Shown here piece by piece: positions 48,103 to 58,585 of a stretch of DNA of 64,000 bases. This stretch comes from Nitrosopumilus sp. (GTDB lineage: Archaea > Thermoproteota > Nitrososphaeria > Nitrososphaerales > Nitrosopumilaceae): NCBI GenBank assembly GCA_028343855.1, contig JAOLZN010000001.1, positions 27,559 through 91,558 of the forward strand. The letters are read 5' to 3'. The number at the start of each line of letters is the position of its first letter. Position 1 is the stretch's first letter. The translations under genes and the position numbers were made by a program. Under the pieces are notes generated by a model that was given only the letters and a program-made list of their open reading frames with translations, did no database searches and was not told the DNA's origin.

Positions 48103-50271
48103 TTAACCGTAAAATGCCTTCTCCCCTGTTTTGGGTACAACATTAGATATACTTTCTCTTATTGTATTATACCACTGATCCACTTCTTTTGTAATTGATG
48201 GTTTTACTTGTTTTAGACTGGTTGCAAAATCGTGACTGGTAATTTTTGATGATTTATTCTTCATTGCATGAATTGCTGCTTCTCTACATAATGCTGCTAA
48301 ATCTGCACCAGTGTAACTTTGCGTTGCAATTGCAATTTCTTGTAACTTTACATCATTTGATAATGGCATTTTTTTTGTTAGAATTTTTATAATTTCTAAT
48401 CTTCCTTTTTCATCTGGATGTGATACATAAAGAACAAGATCTAATCTACCAGTTCGTAATAATGAATTATCTATAATATCTGGTCTATTTGTAATTCCTA
48501 TTACTGCAACTCGTGATGAGATGCCTTCTTCTATTTCTGTTAATAGTTGACTAAGAATTGTTTCTCCTACACCTGATTCTCCTGATTTTAATTTTGCAAG
48601 AGAATCTAACTCATCAAAAATTACTATGCATGGTGATGATGCTTTTGCCTTTCTAAAAATTTCTCTTACAGCTTTTTCTGATTCTCCTACCCATTTAGAA
48701 AGAATTTCTGGACCTCTAACTAAAATCATGTTTGCACCTGTTTCTGTTGCAACTGCTCTTGCAAGTAATGTTTTACCACATCCTGGTGGACCATAGATTA
48801 AAACTCCTTTAGGTGGACGAATCCCCATTTTTGTAAATTTACTTGGTTCTTTTATTGCTGCGATTAAATTATCTGTCAAACTTTCTTTAACATCTTCTAA
48901 TCCTCCTACGTCATGCCACCACACTTTGGGTCTTTCAACATAGAATTCTCTCATAGCTGTTGGAACTACTTCATGCATTGCATCGTAAAAATCAATTAAT
49001 TTAATTTGCATTGATTGGAGTACTTCTGAAGAAATTTTTTCAGTTTCAAGATCTATTTCTGGTAGATATCTTCGAATTGATTTCATTGCTGCTTCTCTAC
49101 ATAATGATTTGATGTCTGCTCCTGTGTATCCATGCAGTTCAGATGATAGTTGTTTTAGATCTATATCTTCATTAATTGGCATTCCTCTAGTATGAATTTG
49201 TAGAATTTCGTATCTTCCATCTTCATTAGGCACTGTAATTTCAAATTCCCTGTCAAATCTACCTGGTCTTCTAAGTGCTGGGTCTACACTATCTGGTCTA
49301 TTGGTTGCTCCTAATACTATGACGTTTCCTCTATCTGTTAATCCATCCATTAATGCCAACAATTGTGCTACAACTCTTTTTTCAACATCTCCGTACACTT
49401 CTTCCCTTTTGGGTGCAATTGCATCAATCTCATCGATGAAAATTATGCTGGGGGAATTATCTTTAGCTTCTTTGAAAATATCTCTTAGTTTAGCTTCTGT
49501 TTCTCCATAATATTTATTCATAATTTCTGGTCCATTAATTGGATACATGTTAGCTTCTGATTCACTTGCCATAACTTTTGCAAGTAATGTTTTTCCACAC
49601 CCTGGTGGACCATAAAGTAAAATTCCGCTATGTGGTTCAACTCCTAATCTGGAAAATAATTCTGGATGTCTTAATGGTAATTCCACTATTTCTCTCATTG
49701 CTTTAGTTTTTTCTTTTAATCCCCCAACTTCTTCATATGTGACTCTCACTTTTCTATCAATTGATGTTTCTGTTGAAATATTCAATTCTGTTGTTCTATC
49801 TATTTTGATTACTCCTTTTGGATTTGTTTTTGTAATTTTGAAATCCATAGAATTTCCTAAAATCATTACCGAAATTTCATCCCCGTGTGTAATTGGTAAT
49901 CCTTTGAGTCTGTTTTTTACAAAATCTGTAAATTCCTTATCTATTGTTACTACGTCATTAACTGGTGTTAATGTAATTGTTTTTGCAATTTTAGATGATA
50001 CTTTTCTAATTTTAACAATGTCGTTTAAAGTTCCGCCAACATTTTTTCTTGTTTGACCATCAATTCTAATTATATCTGGAAATTTCTCATCTTCATCTAC
50101 TGGCCAAATTATTGCACAAGTTGTTCTTGAACCCATTATTTCTATAACATCACCTGGTTCTGCCTTTAGGAAATCCATTGCTTCTGGACCTACTCTGGCA
50201 CGTTTTTTACCTACGTCTCTTTGTTTTGCTTCACCAATTCTCATTTGCAAAGGCTCTTCTTTGCGGACCAA
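48103..50271 (-). CDS. cdc48: CDC48/VCP AAA+ ATPase
   Basis: N domain plus two AAA modules (GPPGCGKT twice, ALRRPGRFD). Confidence 0.96.
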   Translation of the reverse strand: MVRKEEPLQMRIGEAKQRDVGKKRARVGPEAMDFLKAEPGDVIEIMGSRTTCAIIWPVDEDEKFPDIIRIDGQTRKNVGGTLNDIVKIRKVSSKIAKTITLTPVNDVVTIDKEFTDFVKNRLKGLPITHGDEISVMILGNSMDFKITKTNPKGVIKIDRTTELNISTETSIDRKVRVTYEEVGGLKEKTKAMREIVELPLRHPELFSRLGVEPHSGILLYGPPGCGKTLLAKVMASESEANMYPINGPEIMNKYYGETEAKLRDIFKEAKDNSPSIIFIDEIDAIAPKREEVYGDVEKRVVAQLLALMDGLTDRGNVIVLGATNRPDSVDPALRRPGRFDREFEITVPNEDGRYEILQIHTRGMPINEDIDLKQLSSELHGYTGADIKSLCREAAMKSIRRYLPEIDLETEKISSEVLQSMQIKLIDFYDAMHEVVPTAMREFYVERPKVWWHDVGGLEDVKESLTDNLIAAIKEPSKFTKMGIRPPKGVLIYGPPGCGKTLLARAVATETGANMILVRGPEILSKWVGESEKAVREIFRKAKASSPCIVIFDELDSLAKLKSGESGVGETILSQLLTEIEEGISSRVAVIGITNRPDIIDNSLLRTGRLDLVLYVSHPDEKGRLEIIKILTKKMPLSNDVKLQEIAIATQSYTGADLAALCREAAIHAMKNKSSKITSHDFATSLKQVKPSITKEVDQWYNTIRESISNVVPKTGEKAFYG

Positions 50272-50294
50272 AAAATCACTTAATTCCTGATATG

Positions 50295-50561
50295 TTAATT
50301 TCGGCTCATGCTAAGTACTTCAAACTCACTGACACCCTCAACTGCTCTTACAGTGTCTTCTAGTGAATCCATCTGTCCTTCTTTATCCTCTAAAACAAAT
50401 TCTGCTTTCAAACATTCTAATCCAAAAGCTAATGGTTCTTTTGCGTGTCTCTTCAAAGTAATTCCATCTTTTAATGATGATTTTACATTTTCTGCTAGTT
50501 TATCTAAATCCACTTCCATTCCTGTTGGGAGAATTTTTGCAATTAATACAATATCGGTCAT
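50295..50561 (-). CDS. ef1b: Elongation factor 1-beta
   Basis: KILP..MEVDL, EPLAFGL. Confidence 0.9.
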   Translation of the reverse strand: MTDIVLIAKILPTGMEVDLDKLAENVKSSLKDGITLKRHAKEPLAFGLECLKAEFVLEDKEGQMDSLEDTVRAVEGVSEFEVLSMSRN

Positions 50562-50566
50562 TTTGT

Positions 50567-50773
50567 TTATGGTCCTGTAAAGTCACATGAAGAGCAGGTA
50601 TATTTTCTTGCTGCTTCTCTACAACTTTCACATCTCCAAATAAGATCACCATCATCACAGTCAGGACAATTAAATTTTACACATTTATCATTAGGCATGA
50701 TTGCTCTATGACAGCAACTGCATGTTGGTAATGATATAGTAGATGACATGCTCAAATTTTCCGTAAACATCAT
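50567..50773 (-). CDS. Zn-ribbon RNA-binding protein (DUF1610 / HVO_2753 type)
   Basis: [27 protein letters not shown]; upstream of EF-1beta. Confidence 0.88.
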   Translation of the reverse strand: MMFTENLSMSSTISLPTCSCCHRAIMPNDKCVKFNCPDCDDGDLIWRCESCREAARKYTCSSCDFTGP

Positions 50774-50802
50774 TTATAGTTTCCTTAAATTTTTTGTCGT
50801 TT

Positions 50803-51939
50803 TTAGCTCAGTATTTTTTTAAATTCAGCACCGATAAGTGTTTGAGCTGTTTTCAGTGAACCTTTGATCCCTAACAATCTGATAATCGAACTTGTATGAA
50901 AATCAAAATCTTCTTTATCTGAAATTTCATTAGTTATTTCTGGAGTAATTGATTCAAATAATTTATTGATTGTTTGATTATCAATTCTTTGTAATATTTT
51001 TCTTGCAATTATCTGTTTTTCAAATTCTTTTCCAAAACGATTTGTCCATTTTTTCTGGTATTCTTGCAGATCTGAAATTTCGTTTGTTTCTAAAAATTTT
51101 GATATTGCTTGACCTGCATACACTCCTCCCATTCCGCTTGTGTATATTCCTCCTGCTGTGGTTGGTTTTGCCTGTCCTGCTGCATCCCCTACAATTACTG
51201 TCTTTCCATCTATGAATTTTTCAATTGGACCTTTTACCCAAATTGGTGCAAATATTTTTCTAATTGTTGAAAACTTTCCTCTTTCTTTAAGAATTTTATC
51301 TAACGTGTCTGATACATTAATTCCTTTTCCTGCTACTCCTACTTTCCCTTTTCCCTCATTAGATGGAATAATCCATGCAAAAAACCCTGGATATTTTTCT
51401 TGATCAAAAATTACTTCTACTTTCCCTTTTTTAATCCAATCTGCATAAATTTCGTATTGTGCAGATGATAAAATTCCTGTTCGATCCTTATGTATCAATG
51501 ATGAAACTCCTCTGGCATCTACAAAGATTTTACAATCTATACTTTCTTCATTAGTTCTGATTCCTGAATCTGTTATTTCTTGAAAACTTGTTCTAACTTT
51601 AATTTCTGCTCCATTTTTTTGAGCTTGAAATGCAATTTGTTTATCTAATTCTCTCCTACTAATTTCAATTACTTTTTGCTTTTTTGAATTAATTGTAAAA
51701 CTTCTTCCATTTGGTGACGTTATTTCTGCTGATTCAATCATATGATCAAAAGTTTTTCTAAATGGTACTATCCCTAATTCTTCTAAACCTGCAATACTGA
51801 CTAGTCCGCCACAATGTTCTGGAGTCCCAATCTCATAATCTTCTTCAATTACTAATACTGAAAATCCTTTTGAAGCTATTTCTCTGGCAGATAATAATCC
51901 TGCAACGCTTCCTCCTCCCACAACTACGTCATAGTACAC
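50803..51939 (-). CDS. Geranylgeranyl reductase family FAD oxidoreductase
   Basis: VVGGGSVAG, PEHCGG, VGDAAGQAKPTTAGGI. Confidence 0.88.
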   Translation of the reverse strand: MYYDVVVGGGSVAGLLSAREIASKGFSVLVIEEDYEIGTPEHCGGLVSIAGLEELGIVPFRKTFDHMIESAEITSPNGRSFTINSKKQKVIEISRRELDKQIAFQAQKNGAEIKVRTSFQEITDSGIRTNEESIDCKIFVDARGVSSLIHKDRTGILSSAQYEIYADWIKKGKVEVIFDQEKYPGFFAWIIPSNEGKGKVGVAGKGINVSDTLDKILKERGKFSTIRKIFAPIWVKGPIEKFIDGKTVIVGDAAGQAKPTTAGGIYTSGMGGVYAGQAISKFLETNEISDLQEYQKKWTNRFGKEFEKQIIARKILQRIDNQTINKLFESITPEITNEISDKEDFDFHTSSIIRLLGIKGSLKTAQTLIGAEFKKILS

Positions 51940-51984
51940 AGATTTTGGTTCTTTGTCAATTATTTAATTCCAAAGTTTTTCATT

Positions 51985-52359
51985 GTGCCTATTTCTGATA
52001 TTGTTATGGGTGAAATTAAACAAGTAATTGCAGTTCGGACTGATCTTGGAATGGGTAAAGGTAAGATTGCAGCACAAGTAGGTCATGCATGTGTTATGGG
52101 TTCAGAACATGTTAGAAAGTCTCACCCGGAATGGTGGTCTGAATGGTGGGGGGGACAAGAAAAAGTTGTCGTTAAAGTTTCAGGAATTAAAGAGTTACAA
52201 GAAGTAAAAAGACATGCCATTGATTTGAATCTCCCCTGGTCAGAAGTTTCTGATGCTGGACATACTCAATTGACACCTGGTACAACTACTTGTATTTCAA
52301 TTGGACCTGCACCTGAAAATTTAATTGATAAAATTACTGGCGATTTAAAATTACTATAA
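51985..52359 (+). CDS. pth2: Peptidyl-tRNA hydrolase Pth2
   Basis: MGKGKIAAQVGHA, DAGHTQL.PGTTTCISIGP. Confidence 0.95.
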   Translation: MPISDIVMGEIKQVIAVRTDLGMGKGKIAAQVGHACVMGSEHVRKSHPEWWSEWWGGQEKVVVKVSGIKELQEVKRHAIDLNLPWSEVSDAGHTQLTPGTTTCISIGPAPENLIDKITGDLKLL

Positions 52360-52402
52360 TTTACTGGGAATAAGATATTAACAGTATAATCTAAAAAAAT
52401 TT

Positions 52403-54034
52403 GTGAAAAAACAGGTTAAAGGATATCTAGCATTTGCTTTTCTAGGTGGAATTATGCTGACATCTGGTGTATTGATAGCTGTAACTGGTTATGATCCTGA
52501 TGTGGATTATGCTGCTATGAATGATCCTGAAATTACCCTAACTGGAACTCCTGCTGATAATTTTCCTGATAATCAGAGAACTACTTTTTGTAATTCTGGT
52601 GGAGATGCAAAGTCAACTGACTATATTCAAGAATATTTGATACCCACTGAATGTACTAGTCCTTTAGCAATTATATCTGATTATGATGGTAATGTTTGGT
52701 TTGCTGAAACTAATACAGGCAATCTTGGTATGTTTAATCCTGTAACTGAAATATTTGCTGAATATGAAAATCCTACATGGCCTGATGGTGGCCGTTCTAT
52801 GATGTGGGGAATTGATTATGCTCCTGATGGCTCAGTTTGGTTTACTGATGAAACTTTTGACTCCATTTGGAAATTTTCAACTATTGATGAAAAATATGAA
52901 CGATTATCTTATCCTACTTCTGGCGGTGATTCTTTGCCTCAAAAATTAACTATTGCAGGATCTCAAATTATTGTTAATGATTTTACAGGAAATAAATTAA
53001 CTATTTTAGATGTTAATCCTTCTGCAGACGATGTAAATTATCTTAGTGTTCCATCTGCCATTGATGATTCTGTAACTGCTGACTTTGCATTAGATGCAAA
53101 TGATGACATATGGTATACTAATTGGTTGTACCAACAAGGTGGATTTTTAGTTAAATTTAATCAAAATGATTATCGTAATGATGTATCTAATTCTGGTGAA
53201 CAATTTTTACCTTTGATTGATTACATTAGTGCATATGCATTACCTGTACAATTACTAACTCCTAATGGAATTACCTTCTCTGATAATGGTCTACTTTGGA
53301 TAGCTGATACAACTTCTTCTTCTTTCTTTAGTTTTGATCCTTCTACAGAAGAATTTATTCAATATGTAACTTCAGAACCTATTTTTGAAACTTATGGTAA
53401 CCAAACAGGTGTAATTAAATCCCCTATATCTAGACCATACTGGATTGAAAATAATGATCAAGGACAACTTGTGTTTAATGAACAAACTGCAAATAATATC
53501 TCCATTATGGACCCAAAAATTCAAACTCTTGTAGAATATCATGTACCTTCAAAGAATCCAAATTGGGGTGATTGCGATAATGGTGTTGATGTTTTAGATA
53601 ATTGTGGAATTGCACAAGTTTTTGATTTTACAATATCTGGAGATAAAATTTGGTTTACTGAGTGGGTAGAAAATAAAATTGGTGTTGTAGACACTTCTGT
53701 ACCTTTACCTCTTGAAATACAACTAGAAGCAAATACTTTGAATCTTAAACCTGGCAAATCACAAGAATTTGAATATACTATTTCTATGAAATCTCAAAAT
53801 GATATTTCAGAACTTTTCTTGGTTGCATCTACAACACATGATTTCTTAACTGCTAATGTTCTTGATAATTCTGCAGACCTTGTAGCAATACTGGATGATC
53901 CATCTGACACAATTATGATCCCCACTTTGATTTCTGCTTCTGATGATGCTTTACCTGGAACTTACAAAATTTTGCTAGGAACTCAATATGGTGATATTAC
54001 AATTAGTAAATATCTAACAGTGATTATAGAGTGA
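52403..54034 (+). CDS. Exported Vgb-lyase-like beta-propeller protein
   Basis: Signal/anchor; repeated G.VWFT/E blades; C-terminal Ig-like domain. Confidence 0.75.
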   Translation: MKKQVKGYLAFAFLGGIMLTSGVLIAVTGYDPDVDYAAMNDPEITLTGTPADNFPDNQRTTFCNSGGDAKSTDYIQEYLIPTECTSPLAIISDYDGNVWFAETNTGNLGMFNPVTEIFAEYENPTWPDGGRSMMWGIDYAPDGSVWFTDETFDSIWKFSTIDEKYERLSYPTSGGDSLPQKLTIAGSQIIVNDFTGNKLTILDVNPSADDVNYLSVPSAIDDSVTADFALDANDDIWYTNWLYQQGGFLVKFNQNDYRNDVSNSGEQFLPLIDYISAYALPVQLLTPNGITFSDNGLLWIADTTSSSFFSFDPSTEEFIQYVTSEPIFETYGNQTGVIKSPISRPYWIENNDQGQLVFNEQTANNISIMDPKIQTLVEYHVPSKNPNWGDCDNGVDVLDNCGIAQVFDFTISGDKIWFTEWVENKIGVVDTSVPLPLEIQLEANTLNLKPGKSQEFEYTISMKSQNDISELFLVASTTHDFLTANVLDNSADLVAILDDPSDTIMIPTLISASDDALPGTYKILLGTQYGDITISKYLTVIIE

Positions 54035-55227
54035 TACCTGATATTGATTCACAAATAGGGATCTCTGTTTATACTACTCAATTTTCTGGTATCGGTGGAA
54101 AAATTAGAATTAGTCCTGAAGATTTTGAAGTATCTGAATTAATTTCTAAACGTGCAACAAATTCTATTACTGATGAAAGTGGTTATGCCGTTTACAAACT
54201 AAAAAAGCAAAAAATCGATACTAATCATGCTTTATCTGGTATATTTCGTAAAACAGGTGTTCGATTAAAGTCTCTAGGCCTAAAAGATGCCTCGGCAATT
54301 ACTGAACAATTTGTTGGTTCTCCTCATAAGGGAAAACCTATTGAAGATTTTTCTACTGAAAAATACTCTCTTACAAAAATTGGATTTACAAAAAAACCGA
54401 TCTCTAAAAAAGATATGATTGGTAATAATTTTAAAATTCAAATTTCTGATTGCTCTGATGATTTATCTTCTTTTACTGAACATAACCATATTTTGAATTT
54501 CTATGGGTACCAGAGATTTGGTTCCAAAAGACCTGTTACTCATTTAATTGGTAAGGCTATTTTACAAAGAGATTTTGATATGGCTGTTGATTTAATTCTA
54601 TCATTTACATCTTCATATGATTCTCCTGAAAATACAGAAATTCGGGAAAAACTTTCTGACAAAACAAATTATGAACAATATTATGATAAAGTTCCATCTC
54701 AAATGGATATAGAGAAAATTGTTTTAAAAGAAATGATTGATCATGATGATTCAATTCGTGCGATACGTGCAATTCCATTATCTTTGAGACGATTTTACAT
54801 TCAAGCATACCAATCATTTATTTTTAATCAATCTCTTAGCTCTGCATTTTTAGATGGTGAGAATTTATTTGAAGCTCAATCTGGTGACGTTTGTTATGAT
54901 TCTAAAAGTATAATTGGAAAATTTAAAGATGGGGCTGAACAATATTTATCATTACCATTTGTTGGTTATTCGTATTATAAAAAAACAAGATTTGATCATC
55001 AGATTTCTAAAATTTTGATAAAAGAAGAAATTACTCCAAAAGATTTTTTCATAAAAGAAATGCAAGAAGTTAGTAGCGAAGGTGGATTTAGGCAGGCTGC
55101 AATTCATTGCTCTGATTATTCCTTTGATGAAAATAAAGTAATTTTTTCCTTATCTCGCGGTTCTTTTGCAACAATTTTGTTGAGGGAAATAATGAAACCT
55201 GATAATCCCATAACTGCTGGATTTTAA
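54031..55227 (+). CDS. truD: tRNA pseudouridine(13) synthase
   Basis: PEDFEVSE, GLKDA.AITEQ, NFYGYQRFG, LSRGSFAT. Confidence 0.95.
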   Translation: MIPDIDSQIGISVYTTQFSGIGGKIRISPEDFEVSELISKRATNSITDESGYAVYKLKKQKIDTNHALSGIFRKTGVRLKSLGLKDASAITEQFVGSPHKGKPIEDFSTEKYSLTKIGFTKKPISKKDMIGNNFKIQISDCSDDLSSFTEHNHILNFYGYQRFGSKRPVTHLIGKAILQRDFDMAVDLILSFTSSYDSPENTEIREKLSDKTNYEQYYDKVPSQMDIEKIVLKEMIDHDDSIRAIRAIPLSLRRFYIQAYQSFIFNQSLSSAFLDGENLFEAQSGDVCYDSKSIIGKFKDGAEQYLSLPFVGYSYYKKTRFDHQISKILIKEEITPKDFFIKEMQEVSSEGGFRQAAIHCSDYSFDENKVIFSLSRGSFATILLREIMKPDNPITAGF

Positions 55228-55232
55228 TGATT

Positions 55233-55439
55233 TTATTTTTTTAAAATTTTTAATAATATTCCAATTGACATGGTTATGATTCCTCCAATCATAATCTGAA
55301 TTCCATATGTAATCCAATCTGGATTGGCATACATGAAAGATGATTTTGGACCTACTATGGACTGACCTTGCAGGTCAAAAATTAGGCCAAAAATGAATAT
55401 GATACTTCCAATTCCAATTATTGAATATGATTTAACCAC
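55233..55439 (-). CDS. Small two-TM membrane protein
   Basis: 68 aa, two hydrophobic helices around QGQSIVGPKSSFMY. Confidence 0.65.
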   Translation of the reverse strand: MVKSYSIIGIGSIIFIFGLIFDLQGQSIVGPKSSFMYANPDWITYGIQIMIGGIITMSIGILLKILKK

Positions 55440-55542
55440 ACAGTTTTCACGTGATTTCTGTTAAAAAGGGTAAAGAGAATTGATGCTTTAACCAAATGAT
55501 TTTTGGGCTCTATTTTTAATCATTTTCTCATGACTTCATAAA

Positions 55543-56229
55543 ATGTACAACTGGAGTAGTCAATCTGAGTCCACTGGGCACAAATATCTTGGACTGATAT
55601 TATTTTCCTCATCAGCTTTAATGGCTTTATTGCTTTTTCTTATTTTTCATCCTCAAATTGATGCTATAAATCGAGAATCTCCTATTTTGATTAATTTGAT
55701 GTTTTTACCTGCAATGGCTGTAGGATTTCTTTATGGAATTAAAATTACTAAACGAGCTGTAAATCCAGCTGAAATTCAAAGTCCAATAAAAAGATCTATT
55801 GTAAAAATATTCTTATTCTTTTTTGTAATGGGCGGTATGTTTAGTTCGGTAAACTTTGCAATAAATGGTGGAAGTGTTATGCCTGACGTAACTATTTTTG
55901 AAGATGGTTTATTGACATGGGTACATACATTTGTAATGGCTAATGGTGGTGTAACTTTTCTAATAATTTCCAGCATTACTTTGATGGCTGCTGCAACAAA
56001 ACGGATTGTTGGTTTGGATACTGGATTTCTTAATAGATTGGTTTCTTGTGCCAGTACATTTGTTTTTGTTACTGTTCTTGCTCTAAGTTTCACAAAATCT
56101 GATCCTACTTCTTCTGGTATCTTTTTGTATACTTTTTACCAAGCAGGTATTGTTGGTGGTGCATTTTTTGCAATGAATAGATTAACTAAAGATAAGAATA
56201 TGGTTTCAGACTTTGCAAATGGTTACTAA
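55543..56229 (+). CDS. Hypothetical polytopic membrane protein
   Basis: About 6 TM segments. Confidence 0.7.
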   Translation: MYNWSSQSESTGHKYLGLILFSSSALMALLLFLIFHPQIDAINRESPILINLMFLPAMAVGFLYGIKITKRAVNPAEIQSPIKRSIVKIFLFFFVMGGMFSSVNFAINGGSVMPDVTIFEDGLLTWVHTFVMANGGVTFLIISSITLMAAATKRIVGLDTGFLNRLVSCASTFVFVTVLALSFTKSDPTSSGIFLYTFYQAGIVGGAFFAMNRLTKDKNMVSDFANGY

Positions 56230-56281
56230 ATAATTTTTCTTGGGTAAACATTCTTAATTTCTAGTAATTCTTTGTATTTGT

Positions 56282-56620
56282 ATGGGGTTATTTGATAAAA
56301 TTAAAAAAAGTTTTGAATTAAAACAAAATTTTCCAAATTCTGACTCTCTTGAAAAAACAAAAAAACAAATTTTAGAATTAACAAAACAATTTGAATTAAA
56401 TCCTAATTCTTCTAAAATTTTACTTGAACTATACTCTTGTTATGTTGAAATTTCAAATACAGAAAAAAAAATTGAATGTTTAGAAAAATTATCTGATCTT
56501 TTACCTCGTGATTTCTACCCGCTTCAACAATTGGCAGATATTTATCTAAACGAAGTTAATAATGATTCTAAGGCTAAATTTTATCAAAATAAGGCTAATA
56601 AAATCAAAAATGATTTCTAG
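56282..56620 (+). CDS. TPR-like hypothetical protein
   Basis: Helical repeats (KIECLEKLSDLLP..LQQLADIY). Confidence 0.6.
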   Translation: MGLFDKIKKSFELKQNFPNSDSLEKTKKQILELTKQFELNPNSSKILLELYSCYVEISNTEKKIECLEKLSDLLPRDFYPLQQLADIYLNEVNNDSKAKFYQNKANKIKNDF

Positions 56621-56644
56621 ATTTTTATTAATTTTGTATTGAAG

Positions 56645-56893
56645 TTAGTTTTCTAAATCTACGTATATTCCTGAAATTTCATTGTTAATTCTATCCCAGT
56701 ATATCTCGCAACCCTCTGTTTTGAAATCATTTGCTTTACATTCATCGAAATGTGCTGTATTGTTTCTTGACATATTATCTGCAAACAATACATCTTCCCC
56801 TATCCCTAAACCGATAATTAATACTGCTAACAGACTGGCTGAAACTAAGATCATAGAATATCCAACTTGTCTCATATTTTGAGATTTTTTCAT
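56645..56893 (-). CDS. Small membrane-anchored protein
   Basis: One TM plus a Cys pair (ECK...GC). Confidence 0.6.
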   Translation of the reverse strand: MKKSQNMRQVGYSMILVSASLLAVLIIGLGIGEDVLFADNMSRNNTAHFDECKANDFKTEGCEIYWDRINNEISGIYVDLEN

Positions 56894-57012
56894 TCATGTG
56901 AAATCGATAAGGCTTGAATTTAATCTTTTCAAGTCTTGTAATATCCCTCAGATCTTATCACTAGACTCTTTTTTCCGATAAAAAGAAAAGAAAGTACTTC
57001 AAAATACATTCA

Positions 57013-57441
57013 ATGAGCATTCAAATTCTCCAATATGAGTTTCTTGGACCAATTCCTATCTCTGAATGGGGTCCTCCTATGGAAAAATTGGTTTATTTGA
57101 TTTTATCTAGAACTAAGGATAAATTTGATATTCTTTATGTTGGTGACTGTCAAAAAACTGAAGAAAAGTCATTTTTTACATCTCATGATAAATTCCAATG
57201 TTGGATTAAGCAATCTGGATCTGAACAATCTTTGTATCTTGCAATATTGCCTATGTTTGAATCCAGTGATGAAAAAAGACGTAATGTAATTCAAAAAATT
57301 ATTTCTCAATACAAACCACATTGTAATTCTGATGATATCCCTGAGTCTAAACCTGATTATGTTGTAAGGGCTTCAGAGAAATCAGATAAGGATTCAGAGA
57401 AATCAGATAAGGATTCAGAGGAATCTGACAAAGATGAATGA
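57013..57441 (+). CDS. Hypothetical protein, possibly GIY-YIG-like, with acidic repeat tail
   Basis: LVYLIL...ILYVGD...YKPHCN; three 21-bp repeats encoding SE(K/E)SDKD. Confidence 0.6.
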   Translation: MSIQILQYEFLGPIPISEWGPPMEKLVYLILSRTKDKFDILYVGDCQKTEEKSFFTSHDKFQCWIKQSGSEQSLYLAILPMFESSDEKRRNVIQKIISQYKPHCNSDDIPESKPDYVVRASEKSDKDSEKSDKDSEESDKDE

Positions 57442-57577
57442 TGAATCAAATGATGATTCAGATAAGATTACTTGTGCGTGCTGTGGCCATGAAATGAAAT
57501 TAGAAAAGGAACTTCAAAAATCTAATCTATACCGTTGTAGCAGTTGTGGGATTAGTGATACTAGACTTAATTCTTAA
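57434..57577 (+). CDS. Zn-ribbon microprotein (47 aa; missing from ORF track)
   Basis: MNDESNDDSDKITCACCGHEMKLEKELQKSNLYRCSSCGISDTRLNS; start overlaps the upstream stop. Confidence 0.7.
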   Translation: MNDESNDDSDKITCACCGHEMKLEKELQKSNLYRCSSCGISDTRLNS

Positions 57578-57800
57578 CTTTATTTTGTACATCGAATAAT
57601 TGTAAAGTTAGTAAATCTAATGCCTTTTTCATATGTTGAAATTCATTAATTGAATGTATTTGTCCTTCTACTAGTGCTCTCATTATTTTAACTGAATTTT
57701 TTTGGTAATCATCTGATGCAACAATCTCCATTGCATTTAATTTTGATAATAAATTATCTAAATCTTTAATCATTTCATCAGAAGGTTTGTGTTTATCCAT
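57567..57800 (-). CDS. Conserved hypothetical helical protein
   Basis: 77-aa amphipathic ORF. Confidence 0.65.
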   Translation of the reverse strand: MDKHKPSDEMIKDLDNLLSKLNAMEIVASDDYQKNSVKIMRALVEGQIHSINEFQHMKKALDLLTLQLFDVQNKVKN

Positions 57801-57937
57801 AAATATGACATTTTTTTTTCGTATATGAATTATTGCTAAGATATTATTATTAATTAAGGGATTAATTTTAAAAATTTATTAATTTATATTTTAAAATTAA
57901 AATTATTTTTGATAAACAACTGAATTAGTTAATATGA

Positions 57938-58423
57938 TTACAGTTTGACTAGTGTTTTTTCTGATTTATTTTGTGGATCAATCCAAAGATTAGGATCTAT
58001 CTTACCTCCTTTCTCTTTGATAAATTTTTCAGTATTAAAAGAAATTTGTTCTAAGACTTTTTTTGCAATTTCCATATCTTTTTTTGAAATTTTCTCTAAA
58101 CCCATGTTTCTAATCTCTAAAATGCTATCAATTATTGAATCCACTATATCTTTTGATTTCTCAGTCATGAAAATCAAGTTATTTCTTCTATCTCCTGGAT
58201 CAGATTGCCTTGTAACATAACCCTCTAACTCCATTTTGTCTATTACTGGAACTAATGTTGGAGCTTCTACAAATGCCATATCTGCAATTTGTTTCTGAGT
58301 AATCCCTTCTTTGATTGACAAAACTGTGATAATTTTCCATTTTGCTCCCGATAACCCAAATCGCTCACTTAGTTCAATATCTGCTGCTTTTTCCCATGAT
58401 TTGGCAGAATTCTTTAACATCAA
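57938..58423 (-). CDS. MarR family regulator; probable original start at 58483 is interrupted by an in-frame TAA
   Basis: ITQKQIAD..VEAPTLVPVIDKME.EGYVTR..DP.DRR; upstream in-frame MDRKKG*SEIKTLDLKESIG. Confidence 0.85.
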   Translation of the reverse strand: MMLKNSAKSWEKAADIELSERFGLSGAKWKIITVLSIKEGITQKQIADMAFVEAPTLVPVIDKMELEGYVTRQSDPGDRRNNLIFMTEKSKDIVDSIIDSILEIRNMGLEKISKKDMEIAKKVLEQISFNTEKFIKEKGGKIDPNLWIDPQNKSEKTLVKL

Positions 58424-58541
58424 TCCTATGCTTTCTTTAAGATCTAGTGTTTTTATTTCAGATTACCCCTTTTTTCTATCCATGTGTGCTAGTTTAATTA
58501 GTCTTGTATTAATTATATTCTATTTATTAGCATTATAATGA

Positions 58542-58564
58542 TTAGTACACTAACCTTTATTATA
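58542..58564. promoter_or_regulatory. Candidate MarR operator TTAGT-AC-ACTAA (58542-58553) next to TATA (58556-58564)
   Basis: Perfect 5-2-5 palindrome between divergent genes, resembling SlyA-type TTAG-N4-CTAA boxes. Confidence 0.4.
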
Positions 58565-58585
58565 ATCCATTTAATAATTAAATTG

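Noticed and set aside
58538-58585. Longer start of the exported protein given in the ORF track
   Set aside because: The segment contains the candidate operator and TATA box; ATG at 58586 fits a leaderless start.
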